A stretch of DNA of 64,000 nt from Anaeramoeba ignava BMAN (lineage: Eukaryota > Protista > Anaeramoebae), in assembly GCA_028826165.1 (NCBI GenBank), contig JAPDFW010000059.1, forward strand, positions 1,364,001 through 1,428,000, written 5' to 3'. The notes below the pieces were generated by a model, which had not been told where the DNA came from, searched no databases, and worked only from the letters and a program-made list of their open reading frames with translations. Both the position numbers and the translations under genes were made by a program. Shown one piece after another: positions 15,785 to 29,800 of the stretch. How positions within the stretch are numbered: the first letter of the stretch is position 1; every line of letters begins with the position of its first letter.

Positions 15785-16573
15785 ATGAAACTTGTTTTTT
15801 TCTTTTCATTTCTTTTTATTTTAACTTTTTTCAAAATTAACTCACTCAATCAATGTTCTCTTGGTGAATTTACAGGAAAAGCAAAAAACATATTATTTGA
15901 TGATTTAGTGAATTCACCAGAAATATTACAAGGGCAATTTGTATCATTTAAAGCATCAACAGGAGGAAAAGGAAGTTCAACTTGGTTACAATTAAAAAAA
16001 CCAAATAGTGAATTATTTGGAAGAAATTTCCAAGGAATCAATTACACATTTGCAGTTGGAAATGTTGTAATCACATCGCAAGATAAAGCTTTCTCATTCC
16101 CAACAGATATAAGATCTGATGTTGATGTTTATTTAGAAGGAACAGTTTCAAATATTTCAATTATTCTTCCTCAATTATCACCTTTAACACTAATTCAAGT
16201 TGAAGTTTCCGCAATTAATTTCACAAGTGAATCGCAGAGCTTGTGTCAATCTTGGTCAAACCAACCTATTACTCAAGACTTGCATAAAGGTGATATCCAC
16301 GGCGATAATGTTGGTGGTGGTCTTGTTTGTTTAGATCCTGGTAAAACTGAACCACTTCATACTACTTATCATTCAACGGAAGTTATCACAGGTATTTCGG
16401 GTGATGTTTGGTTAGGTCTAGAAAGAGGTGTTGGTACTTATCAATATATTCATATCACTTCTTTTTTTTCTGCTCTCGTTCCTCCAGCAACTCCTCATTA
16501 TGTTATCAATAATTCAACTCAACAAAGTTGTTATATTTTTGTTCATTCAATAGTGGATTCAACTTTTGATTAA
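15785..16573 (+). CDS. Secreted cupin-fold (RmlC-like) protein, 262 aa, intronless
   Basis: Hydrophobic signal peptide (MKLVFFFSFLFILTFFKINS). C-terminal cupin motif 1-like LDPGKTEPLHTTYHSTEVITGISG and motif 2-like ALVPPATPHYVIN. Confidence 0.7.
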   Translation: MKLVFFFSFLFILTFFKINSLNQCSLGEFTGKAKNILFDDLVNSPEILQGQFVSFKASTGGKGSSTWLQLKKPNSELFGRNFQGINYTFAVGNVVITSQDKAFSFPTDIRSDVDVYLEGTVSNISIILPQLSPLTLIQVEVSAINFTSESQSLCQSWSNQPITQDLHKGDIHGDNVGGGLVCLDPGKTEPLHTTYHSTEVITGISGDVWLGLERGVGTYQYIHITSFFSALVPPATPHYVINNSTQQSCYIFVHSIVDSTFD

Positions 16574-16781
16574 AAAATTAAAAAATTAAAAAATTCCACT
16601 TTTTTTTTTGAACTAGCAAAAAAAAATAAAAGCAAAATTCCACTTTTTTTTTTCTTTTCATTTTTCTTTTATTTCTTTTCTTGAATTTTAAAAAAAAAAA
16701 AAAAGAGATGTTTTTGTTCTTGTTTAGTTTTTTTTTTTTATATTCTGTTCTTATTTCTTTGTTTTGTTTTTTATGTTCTTT

Positions 16782-18364
16782 TTAAAACATTGCAGCATAA
16801 AGAATGCAATTAGCAAGAATTTTTCCACCATCAGTTGAATTAACCCAATAATGAGAATATTCCAGATCTGAAGGAGGATAAAAATTGATAACAACAACAT
16901 TTCCCCAATCTGGTTGAACTCTTTTTTCTGCAATCATTGGAGCATCATTATTATATCTAGCGATTAAATTACCAGATTCATGATTAATATTAACATAATA
17001 AGATCCTTCACCGTTATCAAAAGATTTAATATCTTGAAGAATAAAGTGTTTTTTATCTGATTTTTCAAGATCAAGAGTGACACGATTCCACATTGAAAAA
17101 ATTCCTTTTGAAAATGGAAGAAATTGATTTTCTGGTTTTTCCAATTCTCCCATAAGTTTTCCATCATAAATTGAATCTGTTGCAAGAAGCCAAACAGCTG
17201 AAAAAACAAGTCCTCTTCCTGTTTTAACATATTCTGCAAGAACATCTCCCATTTCTTTTTCTTTATATCTACTAAATCCTGAATAAAAGAATATGACATC
17301 ATAATCTAATAATGAATCTAAATCTGGAACTATTTCCATTGCATGAAAAACATCTATTTTGACTTTTTGTGCTCTTATTAAAGATAAAACATTTTGAATA
17401 CGAGTTTCTTTATGATGTGCACAAAGAAGAAGAGCAGAAACCTATCATAAGATAATAAATTTTCATATTAAATTTTCATATTAAATTTTCATATTAAATT
17501 TTCATATTAAATTTTCAATAAACAAACATCTTCCTTTTTTTTGGGTCTCACAAAAGGTGGGAATCTTCTTCGATTTGGAGTAGGATTCTTGCTTCTAATT
17601 GAAATTAAATTTTTCATTACTTTACTTTCCAAAAGTTTTGTTTTCTTCAACTCTTTCAATTCATTCGAATCAAAACAATTAAAACGAATCAAAGGAATTA
17701 ATTCAATTAAAGCTTCTTTAAGATTAGATTTATTAGGCTTGACCTTATTCAACTTGCAAACCCATTTCCCCCAATTATAAACAGATTGAAACAAAATAAA
17801 TTCTTTTGTTCGAAATGAATCCAAAGAAAGAATTTCTTTGATTGTATCTTGCATTCTTCCTTCTAAAATATTTGGATAATCTTGAAAAAGAGTTCGATGT
17901 GTTTGAATAAAACGAAGAATTATTTCCTTTGTTTCTTGATCCCCAAAAAAAATATTTGGATCTTCTAAATATTGAAAGCAATTCAAAGGCGTTAGCATTC
18001 CATACAAAAATTCCAAACAATCCTTTTTAAATTCTGATAAAAGATATTTATCCGAAACTTGAATCAATTGAAAAACTGTATTTGCGTTAATATTTTTCTC
18101 CCGAAAATAAACATAAAACATAATTGTTTCAAATATTTTGTAATCAATATCGGGAATATTCACAACTGCTACTGCTTTATTTGCTACTTCCTTCCATCCA
18201 AGTCCATAAAACATTTTCTTCCAAAAATCACTTGCTAATGATAATATTAATTTGTGTGCATAAAAAATTTTTTCTGTTTTTCCAACAATAAATTTAACAT
18301 CTGCGAATTTTCTTTGATTAAAAAGTTTTTTTAATGATTGAGTTAAATTGAGAGGATCACTCAT
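16782..18364 (-). CDS. BTB/POZ-BACK protein with a C-terminal alpha/beta (possibly class I glutamine-amidotransferase-like) domain; exons 18364-17528, 17441-16782
   Basis: ADVKFIVG...AHKLILSLASDFWKKMFY BTB; BACK-like EFILFQSVYNW...LIPLIRF; a GT..AG intron at 17527-17442 joins it in frame to YDVIFFYS...GDVLAEYVKTGRGLVF. The C-terminal fold is inference. Confidence 0.8.
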
Positions 18365-18471
18365 TTAAAAACAAAAAATTGAGAAAAAAAATGAAAAAAA
18401 AAAATTGAGAAAAAAAAAATTTATTTTTATTTCTATTAAAAGTTTTTGAAAAGAAAATGAAAGAAGAAAAT

Positions 18472-21273
18472 TTATAATTTATAAAATGTTGTTTTTTTTG
18501 GTTGATTTGAATTATTTTGGAAATTTGGTCCAATTGATTTGAAATTTAATTTTTTTGGATTTTGTTTAATTTTCTTTTCATCTTCTAAACGAGAAAAAAA
18601 AGCTTGACTTGAAAATTTTAATTGTGGATTTTTTTGATTAAAAGAGAATTTAACTTTTGAAGGAAGATTTCCTTGTTTGACATTTTCTTCAAGAATTTGT
18701 TGAGCGTGTTTTTTATCCTGAATTTTAATTCCTGAAAAATTACTTAATTGGAATTGTTTTTGTTTGTTTTGTTTATGTTTAATTCTTTTTATTTCTCGAT
18801 GTTTTGATTTTTTTTCTTTTCTTGTTAATTCTTTTTCATCTTTAAATTCTTTCTGATTTTTGTTTTCGTAAATTTCTTGTGGTGCAAGTAAATTGGAATC
18901 ACTTATATTTGTTGGTATTTTTTCTTCAATTCTTATAGAAGGCATATCTTTTCTAATTTCAAGATCATCTTTAATAAATTTTTGTTTGTATCGGAAATTT
19001 GTAAATGAATCTAAACGTAAAGTTAATTGGTCATATAATTTTGTTAATTCTTCATGTTTTTTTTCAAGTTTTGATTTTTCTTTTTGGTCTAAAACTTTTT
19101 CTTGGAACTAAATTAAATTAAATCAAATAAATATATTTAGAATTAAATATTCTTTTTAGAATTAAATTTATTTTGGAATTAAATTAAATTAAATATTTTG
19201 GAATTAAATATTCTTTTTGGAATTAAATATTTTTTGGAATTAAATTTTTACTTCTTTTTCATATATTTCTGCAAGACCTTCTTTACTTTTCTCTTGATTA
19301 ACTTCAGGAAGTTTCATTTGATATTCTTGTTGAGGTTCTGATTTTCTTTGAACATCATCAAAAGAACCTTCTCTAATTCTTTTTTTAATAATATTTTCAA
19401 GTTCTTGAGTTTTTTCTTGTGTAATAACTGGATCAGGCTTAATTAATAAATAAATAAAATAATTAAATTTAAATTAAAATTAAAATTAAAATTAAAATTA
19501 AAATTAAAATTGAAATTAATATTAATATTAATATTAATATTAAATACAGGAGTTGCAAATTCAAAATCAAGCATTGTTTCTAAAAGACTATTTTTGGGTC
19601 TTTTTGATGATGTAACTTCTCCTGTTAATACCCATTCTTTCTCTAAAAGTGCTTGTTTTTCTAATTCTTCAATTTGTTGTTTTATTAACTTGAGTTTTTT
19701 TTCATGTTTTGATTCAATTTTTTCTCCATTGTTTTTTTGTTTATTTTCATTGATTTCATTTGATTCAGTGATTATTTTTTCAAGATTTTCTTTTTCTTGT
19801 TCTTTTTCTTTAATTTCTTTAAAAATTTTTTGATTTTTTAATTTTGTTTTAGAAGAAAATAAATTTAATAAATCTCCAACAACAGGATCTTCATTATCAT
19901 CTTCATCTTCATCTTCATCTTCATCTTCATCTTCATCATCTTTTGATAATTTTTGTTGTTTAATTTGAGATTCATTTTTTGATTGATTTTTTTTTGTTGG
20001 AGGATCAAAAAAATCATTATAAAAAATATCATCTTCACTTTCAGAATCCTCATTTTCTTCATTTGAATCTAAATTATTTCCATAAAGATAATCTTGAAGT
20101 TGTTCTTCTTCTAAAATTGCATCTTCTTGCTCTTCTGATGGGTTATTATTTTGGAGAAAACCATCATTTTCAATAAATTCATTAAAATCATCTGAGTTTA
20201 AAAAATCATTTTCAGAAAATTGTTGAGAATCATTTTGATTTTCATTTAAATCATTTTTTTTTAATTGATCTTTTTTCAATTCATTTTCATTTAATTCATC
20301 TTTATTTAAATCATTTTCATTTAATTCATCTTCATTTAATTCATCTTCATTTAATTCATTTTCATTTAAATCATCTTCTGATTTATATTCATCTTCATTT
20401 AAATCATCTTCTGATTTATATTCATCTTCATTTAATTCATTTTCTGATTTATATTCATTTTCATTTAATTCATTTTCTGATTTATATTCATTTTCATTTA
20501 ATTCATTTTCATTTAATTCATCTTCTGATTTATATTCATCTTCATTTAAATCATTTTCATTTAATTGATCTTCATTTAAATCATTTTCTGATTTATATTC
20601 ATCTTCATTTAATTCATCTTCATTTAATTTATCTTCATTTAAATCATCTTCATTTAAATCATCTTCATTTAAATCATTTTCATTTAAATCATTTTCATTT
20701 AATTCATCTTCATTTAAATCATCTTCTGATTTATATTCATTTTCATTTAATTGATCTTCATTTAAATCATTTTCATTTAATTGATCTTCATTTAAATCAT
20801 CTTCATTTAAATCATCTTCATTTAAATCATCTTCATTTAAATCATTTTCATTTAATTCATCTTCATTTAATTCATCTTCTGATTCTTCAATTTCTTCAGT
20901 TTCTTCATTTTTTTTTCTTTTAGATCCTTTTTTCTTTTCTTGTGAAAATTTTTCAATTTTTTTCTCTATAAAATTTAAAAGAGGTTTATTTTGCATTTGA
21001 ATTTCTTCCCAAATTTGTTGAGGTTCAAATCCATCAACAAATAATTGTTTCAAATTTTGATTAATTGAAGGAAAAACTTTCTTTTCTATTTTTTTATTTT
21101 TTAATTTAATTTAGAAAAAAAAAATTTTTTTTAAATTTTATTTTATAAAAAAAAATAATTAAAAAACCTTCATCAAATAAAGTTTTAGTTGTAGAAATTA
21201 ATTCATTAATTGTTTCTTTTGAAGCACCAATTAAAAGATCAGGATTTTGATAAATTTTATCAATTGAATTCAT
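18472..21273 (-). CDS. MPP10: U3 snoRNP protein Mpp10; exons 21273-21168, 21085-19548, 19437-19252, 19107-18472
   Basis: LFVDGFEPQQIWEEI, DIFYNDFFDP, EKEWVLTGEVTSSKRPKNSLLE, PVITQEKTQELENIIKKRI..FDDV, QEKSKEGLAEIYEKE, LLAPQEI. Three frame-preserving GT-AG introns. Confidence 0.92.
20235..20880 (-). repeat. Coding 15/21-bp tandem repeat encoding (NEDDL/NENDL/YKSE)n in the Mpp10 acidic region
   Basis: Visible in both DNA and translation. Confidence 0.9.
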
Positions 21274-21349
21274 TTTATTAATTGAAAAAAGAAAGGAAAA
21301 AAAAATGAAAAAAGAAAAAAAATGAAAAAAAAATTTTTGAAATTAAATT

Positions 21350-21960
21350 TTAAAAATTAAATTGAAATTGAAATAAAATATTAAATTGAATATTAAATTT
21401 TAAATTGAAATAAAATATTAAATTGAAATAAAATATTAAATATTAAATTGAAATAAAATATTAAATATTAAATTGAAATTGAAATTGAAATAAATATTAA
21501 ATTGAAATTAAATTGAAATTGAAATTGAAATAAAATATTAAATTGAATTGAAATTAAATACTGAATAGAAATGAAATTGAAATTGAAATAAAATATTAAA
21601 TTGAAATTGAAATTAAATATTAAATAGAAATAAAATATTAAATTGAAATTGAAATAAAATATTAAATAATAAATATGAAATAGGAATAAAATATTGAAAT
21701 AAAATATTAAATTGAAATTAAATATTAAATATTGAAATTGAAATAAATATTAAATATTAAATTGAAATTGAAATTAAATATTAAATTGAAATTAAATATT
21801 AAATTGAAATAAAATATTAAATTTAAATTAAATATTAAATATAAAATATTAAATTGAAATTGAAATTGAAATTGAAATTGAAATTGAAATTGAAATTGAA
21901 ATTAAATTGAAATAGAAATTGAAATTGAAATTGAAATCGAAATTAAATTGGAATCAAATT
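21350..21960. repeat. Intergenic degenerate (AAATTG)/(AAATATT) repeat
   Basis: Directly visible between Mpp10 and the acyltransferase gene. Confidence 0.8.
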
Positions 21961-21978
21961 TTTTGGGAAATGAAAAAA

Positions 21979-23727
21979 TCATAATTCAGATTTGGGGATT
22001 TGATTTGAATTTTGTGCTGTTATTTTAGCAAAATAACTCATTGAATAACCCAAATAAACAACTGCTTGACCTGCAGATAAACCGAACCACATTATAAGAT
22101 TACCAAAACGGGAGTTTCTAATTGAAGGTATACGAGTGACGTATATAACAGAAAACTGACCGAGCATTGAAGCAAACATATAAGGACGAATGAGTAAGAA
22201 AGACATCGAGATTATATATTCATGCCACAATGCAGAAACAAGAAAAACAAGAACAGTAGCACCTGCCTTTGGAACCTTCATATCCACCATCGAGTCTATG
22301 TATATATGGCGGAGAAACCATTCATAAACTAGACTGTTCCACTTGTTCCAAAACTGATCAAATGAGAGAGCATTCCACCAATCGTCATAGAATTTCCTAT
22401 CTGCAAACATGAAAATTTCCGCAATCAAATTAAGGAAGCAATGGAACACACCATAAAACATCGTTAGCCATGCAAACACTGTGGGAACTGCTAGCTTCAA
22501 AACTAACCGTCCAAAATTTTTTTCCCATGTTTCTTTAAAACCAGGAACCATAAAGTAATTTATATTTAAATAAGCAACAAATAAACTTCCAGACATTAAA
22601 AAAGAATATTTCAGTATTTTCATCCAGTCGCGTTTTTCTGTGCGCGGAAACTCCAGTTCGTAAACTAATGTTGGATATACTAAATACAATCCAAAATCTT
22701 TCAAATTAATATTACTTGGATATTTTTTTCCTTTTGTTTCTTCTTTTTTTTTCGTTTCTTGTTTCGTTCTTTATTTTTTCTGTTTGTGGATTTTTAGCTT
22801 TTTCTTTTTTGTTAATTTCTGCTTGTCTTTGTCTGTTACTAAAAAAGAATGAATGAGTTTTCATTAATAAAACTGCCATTTGCATTGTAATTGCTCCTCT
22901 TCCCACTATTTAAATTTTAATATTATAAATGAATTTTAATTTAATTTTAATTTTAATTTTGATTTTAATATTATAAATGAATTTTAATTTTAAATTTAAA
23001 TTTAATTTAATTTTAATTTTAATTTTAATTTTAATTTTAATTTTAATTTTAATTTTAATTTTAATTTTAATTTTAATTTTAATTTTAATTTTAATTTTAA
23101 TTTTAATTTTAATTTTAATTTTAATTTTAATTTTAAATTTAATTTATAAATGAATTTTAAATTGAATTTGTAAATTAACTGATTGAAAAATCAAATTTTA
23201 AAGCAAGATAAGTTGGGACAATAAAAAGAATAAACTGAGAAATTGAATAAAGAATGTAAGCAATTGTATTAGAAATATATTTTTTAACAATCAATATTTC
23301 AAGAAGAAGAATATTAGAACACCAACAAATCATAAGCTAAAAAAGAAGAAGAAAAAGAAAAAGAAAAAGAAAAAGAAAAAGAAAAAGAAAAATTTAGTAA
23401 AGTTTTTATGAAAAATTTTTTCTTTAATCTTTTAAAATTAAATTTAATTAAATTAATTACAAAAGAAATAACGAGAACAATATGTAAATTTCCAGTTAAA
23501 TATAAAAATAAACTCCAGTCAACAAAAGGTTCTCCTTTTTCAAAATTTGAAACGATTTTTTCAGCAAAAAGTAATATAACAATAACAATTGCTAAATTTT
23601 CAAGTCCAACTGAAAGTGTTTTTGGTCCTGGTTCATTTTCTATTAATGAATTTCTATTTTGTGGTGAATGTGTATGTCTTCTTGTTGTTTTTTGTTTTGA
23701 TTTATTATTTGTTGTTTTAGATTCCAT
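21979..23727 (-). CDS. MBOAT sterol O-acyltransferase / DGAT1-family enzyme; exons 23727-23461, 23336-23180, 22905-21979, with one apparent +1 frameshift at 22744-22752
   Basis: LLMKTHSF, YPSNINL..F...PTLVYELEFPRT, FHCFLNLIAE..FADRKFYDDWWN, WNSLVYEW, catalytic-His motif SALWHEY. Removing one base from the A9 run joins the frames. Confidence 0.88.
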
Positions 23728-23831
23728 TTTAAAAATAAAAATGAAAAGAAAAAAATGAAAATTAAAAAATAAAAATTAAATTGTTGTGAAAATTGTTTAT
23801 TAAAAAAAAAAAGTGGAATGAGTAAAAAAAA

Positions 23832-26800
23832 TTAATTTGTTTTTGATTTTTTAATTTCAAAAAAAGAATCATCAATATTATACTTTCCAAAATGATTTCT
23901 TATTGCAGAATTACTAAATTCATAATTTATTCCATTTGTTGTTATAACAAACAATCTGAAATTTGGATTAATAATTATTTTTCTTGATTCTTCTCCAAAA
24001 GATATGGTTACTAAAATATCACCATCTTTTTGAATATAATTTTGATTGAATAATTTATATAAAAATGGATAAATTTCTGGATAATCAAAAATAATAAGTT
24101 TTTTCCCATTTGTAATGCAAAATTCAACAATCATTAATTTTTCTTTTAATTCATCTTCTTTAGATTTCTTTAAAGTGGAAAATATTTTTGAAGAACTTAT
24201 TACAGTAGAATTATCATGAAAGAATTTATCATATAAAATTGTAAAAAATGAAGCATCTTGAATAGATAATAAAATATGTCTTAAAGATTTAGCAGATTCT
24301 AATCGATTTTGTTTTTCTTTTTTTGGTTTTAAATTTTCGGAAATTAATTCTTCAAAATTAATTTTTTTTTCTTTTCTAGGTATTTTAAATGGTAAATTTT
24401 CGAAAAATTCTGGGAAAGATTCTTGAGTAATTCCAAAATGTTTGAAAATTAATAATTTATAACCATTAAATAAATATGCAGATTCATCACTTTCAGAATA
24501 AATTGATTTGAAATCACGAATAAAAGCATAAACATCTCTGACATCATAAAAATTAGTTTCCAATTTTTGATTTTGGATTATTTGTGGAAATTGTTTTGAA
24601 ATGATCTTTTCTTGATTACTAAAAATATAAGAAATTTGTTCCTTTAAAAATCCACTAATTTCATCAGAAAATTGAATTAAAAGTTCTTCTATTGTTAGTT
24701 CAAATTCTTTAAAATTAAAATATTGATGATTTAAAACAAATCCACAAAATGGAAAATCAACAAAGGAATTTGATAATAAAATAATTGAAGGAAATGGTAA
24801 TAAATTCTCGTTTGGAAAATTATATTTTTCATTCAAAATAGTTTGTATTTGAGAATAAAGAACTTTTAAGGATTCATTTGATAAATTTGTAAATTCTTTA
24901 AAAATAAAAACAGGAATAACATCTCTTTGATTTTTTTGTAAATTTTTCATGCCATCTTGAAATTTTTTTTGAAGATATTCTTTTGATATTAATTCTGAAG
25001 AAATGATTTCAATTTTTTTTAAATAAGGAATTTTCATTTTTTGTAATTTAGGTTTTTGATTTGGATTAAATTTAAATAAATCGAAAATAATTTCCAAAGA
25101 AATTGTTTTTGAAGTTCCTAATAATATAAAACAAAATTAATAATTTAATAATTTAATATTTGTTTTTTTTTAAATATTCAAATTTTACCTGGTTTTCCGA
25201 TTATTAATAAAGGTATTTGAGAGAAACATGAAACCAAAATAAAAAGTATATTCTCCTTTAAGATTTTGTTTTTAACAATATCATTTTTGGATAAATCAAT
25301 TTCCAAGAAGTTAAATAAATTGGTTATAATTGTATTAAAATTTTCTTCAATATTGAATAATTTAATTTTTCTATTCATTTTAGATAATAATGAATCTCTT
25401 TTTTTTCCATCCAAATAATAAAAATAAACAAGAAAGAAACATAACGAAAACGTTAAATAAACTTTTTCTGATAAAGTATTTTCATTAGTAATAAATATTT
25501 CACCAATTGGATTGCATATTAACCATTGAAATACTCTTGTAAAAATTGAAACATCTTGATAAGATTCAAAATATTCATTAGGAAAAGTTGAATGTTTTTT
25601 AATGTGTTTTCTTGAATAGAAAATTATTTGTGATAATTCCTGTATTTGATAATGAAGGAATATAAATTCTGGAATTGGTTTGGAAATGTTTTGAAGAAGA
25701 ATTGCTTGAATAATTTTTAATTCATCCAAAGATGGAGAATTTCCAAAATCATATAAATCTTGGAAAAATGATTCAGGAATTATTTGAGGTAAAGAAATTA
25801 AATTATTATTATTATTCTGATCTTGAGGAATATTACTTGAAAAAGCAGATTTAAATGAAGCTAAGAAATGAATATTTTCTGGGATTGATTCTTGTTGAAT
25901 AACTCTATCAAGTAAAATTTTTTTGAATAAAATGATGCATTCTTTGGATGAACAATTGAAATTATGGAACCAAATATTGATTGTTGGTTTTGAATCCTTT
26001 TTGATAAATTGTTTGGCTTTTTCAATAACTTCAATAATATCTTCTTGTGTTGTTTGAGAATTAACATAATAGATAATAAGTTTTTGATTGAAAATATTTT
26101 TCAATAAATATTGGATAATTAATTTGGTTTCCACTTCATCTCCATCTATAAATATAACAGGAATATTCAAAGATAATTTAAAGATGATATAAATCATTTT
26201 GATTATATTGCTTTCTTGTATAAAAAAAGGATATTCTCCATTGTTAAATTTCTCAGGGAAATTTGAAAAAATATTTAATAATTGGGAATTTGTTGGATTA
26301 AATGATAAGAAAATATTTGAAACTTCTTTCAGAAAAATATCGACTAAATCTTGTGAAATTTCATAAAAAGTGATTAGATTTTGATCATTGATTTTTTTGA
26401 TAACTTTTGAATCAAAAATTGATTGTAAATTTATATTACTGATAAATAACGTTCTTAATTTTTCATTTTTTGAATCATTATTTTGCAAAAACAAAGGAAT
26501 GGATAATTGTTTGTCATTCCATTTAATTTTGTTACTTAATATTTTCCAAAAATGTTCTGATTCATTTGAATAATTATATTCTTCTTCTTTTTGATTCCAA
26601 TGAAGAAAACTTGAAATGATGTCAATAATTGAAGAAAAATAAACTTTCAATAATGATTCAATGAATAGTTTTTGTTCTTGTTGTTTTCCAGATTTAATTA
26701 TGTTTATAAAATTAGATAATAGTTCATTTTGTGATTTTAATATCACAATAAGATTTGAAAATAATCGGAAAGTTAAATTTTCATCAACAAGTTTTTCTGA

Positions 26801-29800
26801 AATTTTGTTTTTTAAAAAATTAAATAATTTGAGTTTGAATAGTTTTTTATCAGATTTTGTTATATCGGAATCTTGTAAATAATCTTTAAATGAATTAAAG
26901 AAGCTTTCAATACTTTTCCATTTTTCATCTTTTTTCTCCTCAATATTGAAATTATTTAAATGATATTTATTAAGAGAAAATATCTGTGAATCAACTTCCA
27001 TTTCGTTTCTTTCAAAAAAATATAATAGAGGGAAATGATCAAATTGACTTGAGATTTTTGTTTCTTTTTTACTTGATACTTCTAATGCTAAAAAATAAGA
27101 AGATGAATCAAAAATCCAGTTGAAATTTTGGGATAATTTTCTTTTAGATTCAATTGAACCCCACATAGAAAGAGTCCAAAGATAATCTAGAGTTTCTAAT
27201 TTAATTGAGAAAGGAAGTTCTATATGAATAAATTTGAAATGATTTTTGTGAGAATTAATTATAGAATAAATTGTATCAATAAATTCTTTTGTTGTTCCAT
27301 TCGAAATTACGAAATTATGATATGAAAATTTTTTCTTTAAATTTTTCTTTGAATTTTTCTTTGAATTTTCCTTTGAATTTTTCTTTAAATCAATAAATTT
27401 TTTGTATATTTGATAACTTTTCCCCATTCCAGGAAAATCAGAAGAAAATATCTGTAAATTTTCATGTAATTTTGTTTTAAAAATGATATGATCTATAAAA
27501 TTTTGAGGAATAACAAAGTCTTTATATGATATTAAAGATTTTTGGAAATGGTTTATAATTCTGAAACTTCCAATATAATTTTCATAATAAAAAATAACTA
27601 ATGGAAAATGTATTTTATATGAAATTTCTTGAATTTTTTTGTTGAGGAAATTTAAACATTCTGGATTTAGTTTATGTGAATGAATAATTGTGAAAATATA
27701 CTTTTGTTTATCATCGTTTTCTTCATAATTTTGATTGTAAATTTGATAAATAGAAAAGAATTTTTCAATATCATTTATCATTGTATTTTCTTGATTACAA
27801 ATCAAAACATTTTCTTTTAATGGGAAGTGATTGCAATAAACAAAATATAAACTTGTCACTATTTTATAAACTTTTTTTTCTTTTGGAATTTTGCAAAAGG
27901 AAATATTTAAAGGTTGTATTTCCTTATTTCCTTCAAGAATTTGAGTAATTTTTTTATTCTTTTTTGGCATATCTTTTTTGATAATTTTTGCACTTGGAAT
28001 TGAAATTTCTTTTGTTCTTTTTTTAATTGAATCTTTAATAGATAATTTAGATATATTTTGAGTAAAATTTTTTAATTTTGTTAAATTTGTCTCTTTTTTT
28101 GATGAACTTGTAAACAGTTTTCCAAATTTTTTTGGATTAAAATTAGGATAAAACGAAGAAAGAAGTGAAAGTGAATTTGATTCATCTTCCTTTTTTTTTG
28201 AAAAATAACCTTCAATAATTGAGGAAAATTGTTCTTGTGAAAAGAAAGATATTTGAAATGATTGAGGAAATTTAATAATTTTTTCCCATTCAGATAAATT
28301 TAATGAAAGTTCTTTTTCAAAATTATCTAATTTACTTTGAAAATCAGTTAATGAAGATTTATGTTTTTTTGAAGAATCTTTTGGTATTTGAACAAAATGT
28401 AAATTTTTTAATTTAATACTAATTTCTGCTATTTTTTCAATTTTTGAAAAATTTGTTTTAAAAATTTCAAGTTCTTTTTTGTATTCTTTTTTGGATATAA
28501 TATTATCATAAAATATATTAATTTCTAAAAAATCTTTAAAATTAAGTGATTTCTCTTGTTTTTGTTTTTCATTTTGATATAAAAATCCAAATTTTTCATT
28601 AGATGAATAAATGAAATGATAATTAGAACTTTCTTTTCCAAAAATTAAAGCTAAATTATTTAAGATTTTTTGTTCAGTTGATATTTTTTTCATTTTAAAT
28701 GATGAAAATTTGGAAAGAAATTTTTCTACTTCTTGATAATCAATTTCAATTTCTTTATCTTTTTCTTTTGAAATTGAACTTATTGCTAAATCAATCAATT
28801 TTTCAAAAGATTTAAATGGAGTTGTTTTATAAAGAAATTTCTTCATTTGTTCTCTTTTTTGTTTCAAAAATTTTTCTAATGACCTTCTACATTTTGTTGA
28901 ATTAAGGAAAATGATAAATTTTTCATCATTTGGGAAATTTATGAAAATTTCAAAAAGTTGAGAGAAATGATTTGAAAAACTTGATTCTAAAGTTTTAAAT
29001 TTTTCTGATAATGAATTAATTGTTTGATAGATCTCAACTATTTTATTAATTTCTTTTAAAGGTTGCTTTTTTCTCCAGTTTTCATTGAAAAAAATTGTAA
29101 TAAATTCATCTTTAAATTTAAAATGAGACAAAAACTTGAAAATGAATTGATTTTCTTGATTTTGTTGATTTTCAAATTTCATTTGCTTTATTTTCTTCAA
29201 TTTCCTTATTTTCATTTTGAATTTCTTTAATTTCTTTAATTTCATTTGCTTTATTTTCTTGAATTTTCTTGAATTTTTTATTTTCTTCAATTTCTTTATT
29301 TTCTTGAATTTCTTTATTTTCTTTTTTTATTTGAATTTGAAAAAGATTCTAATATTTCAAGTTCTTCTTTAAATAAACTAATATCTGTGAAATTTAAAAG
29401 TATTTGATCTATTTCTTCAAATGTTATTTCTTGATTAAAAATATAATCAAATTTTTCTTTAAATTTTTGGATCATAGTTTTTTGATAATTTGATATTTGA
29501 TTTAATTGATTAAAAATATCTTCTTCTGGGGTAATTTGAAAAAAAGTATCCAAAATATCCATTTTAAAAATTTTACTTTTTTGATAATTTAGGATAAATC
29601 CAATATTAGATTCCTTATCAATTTTTTTATCTTTAGTTTGCTTTTGTATTTCAGAAATTGAAATTTTAGAATTATTAAACATTTCAAAGATTTCATTAAT
29701 TTTTTGGATTTTTTGAATTTTTTGTTCATTTTGAGAATAATATCCTGATAAAATTTCAAATAATTGCTTTTGATTCTTTAATTCCTCATATAAATCTTGA

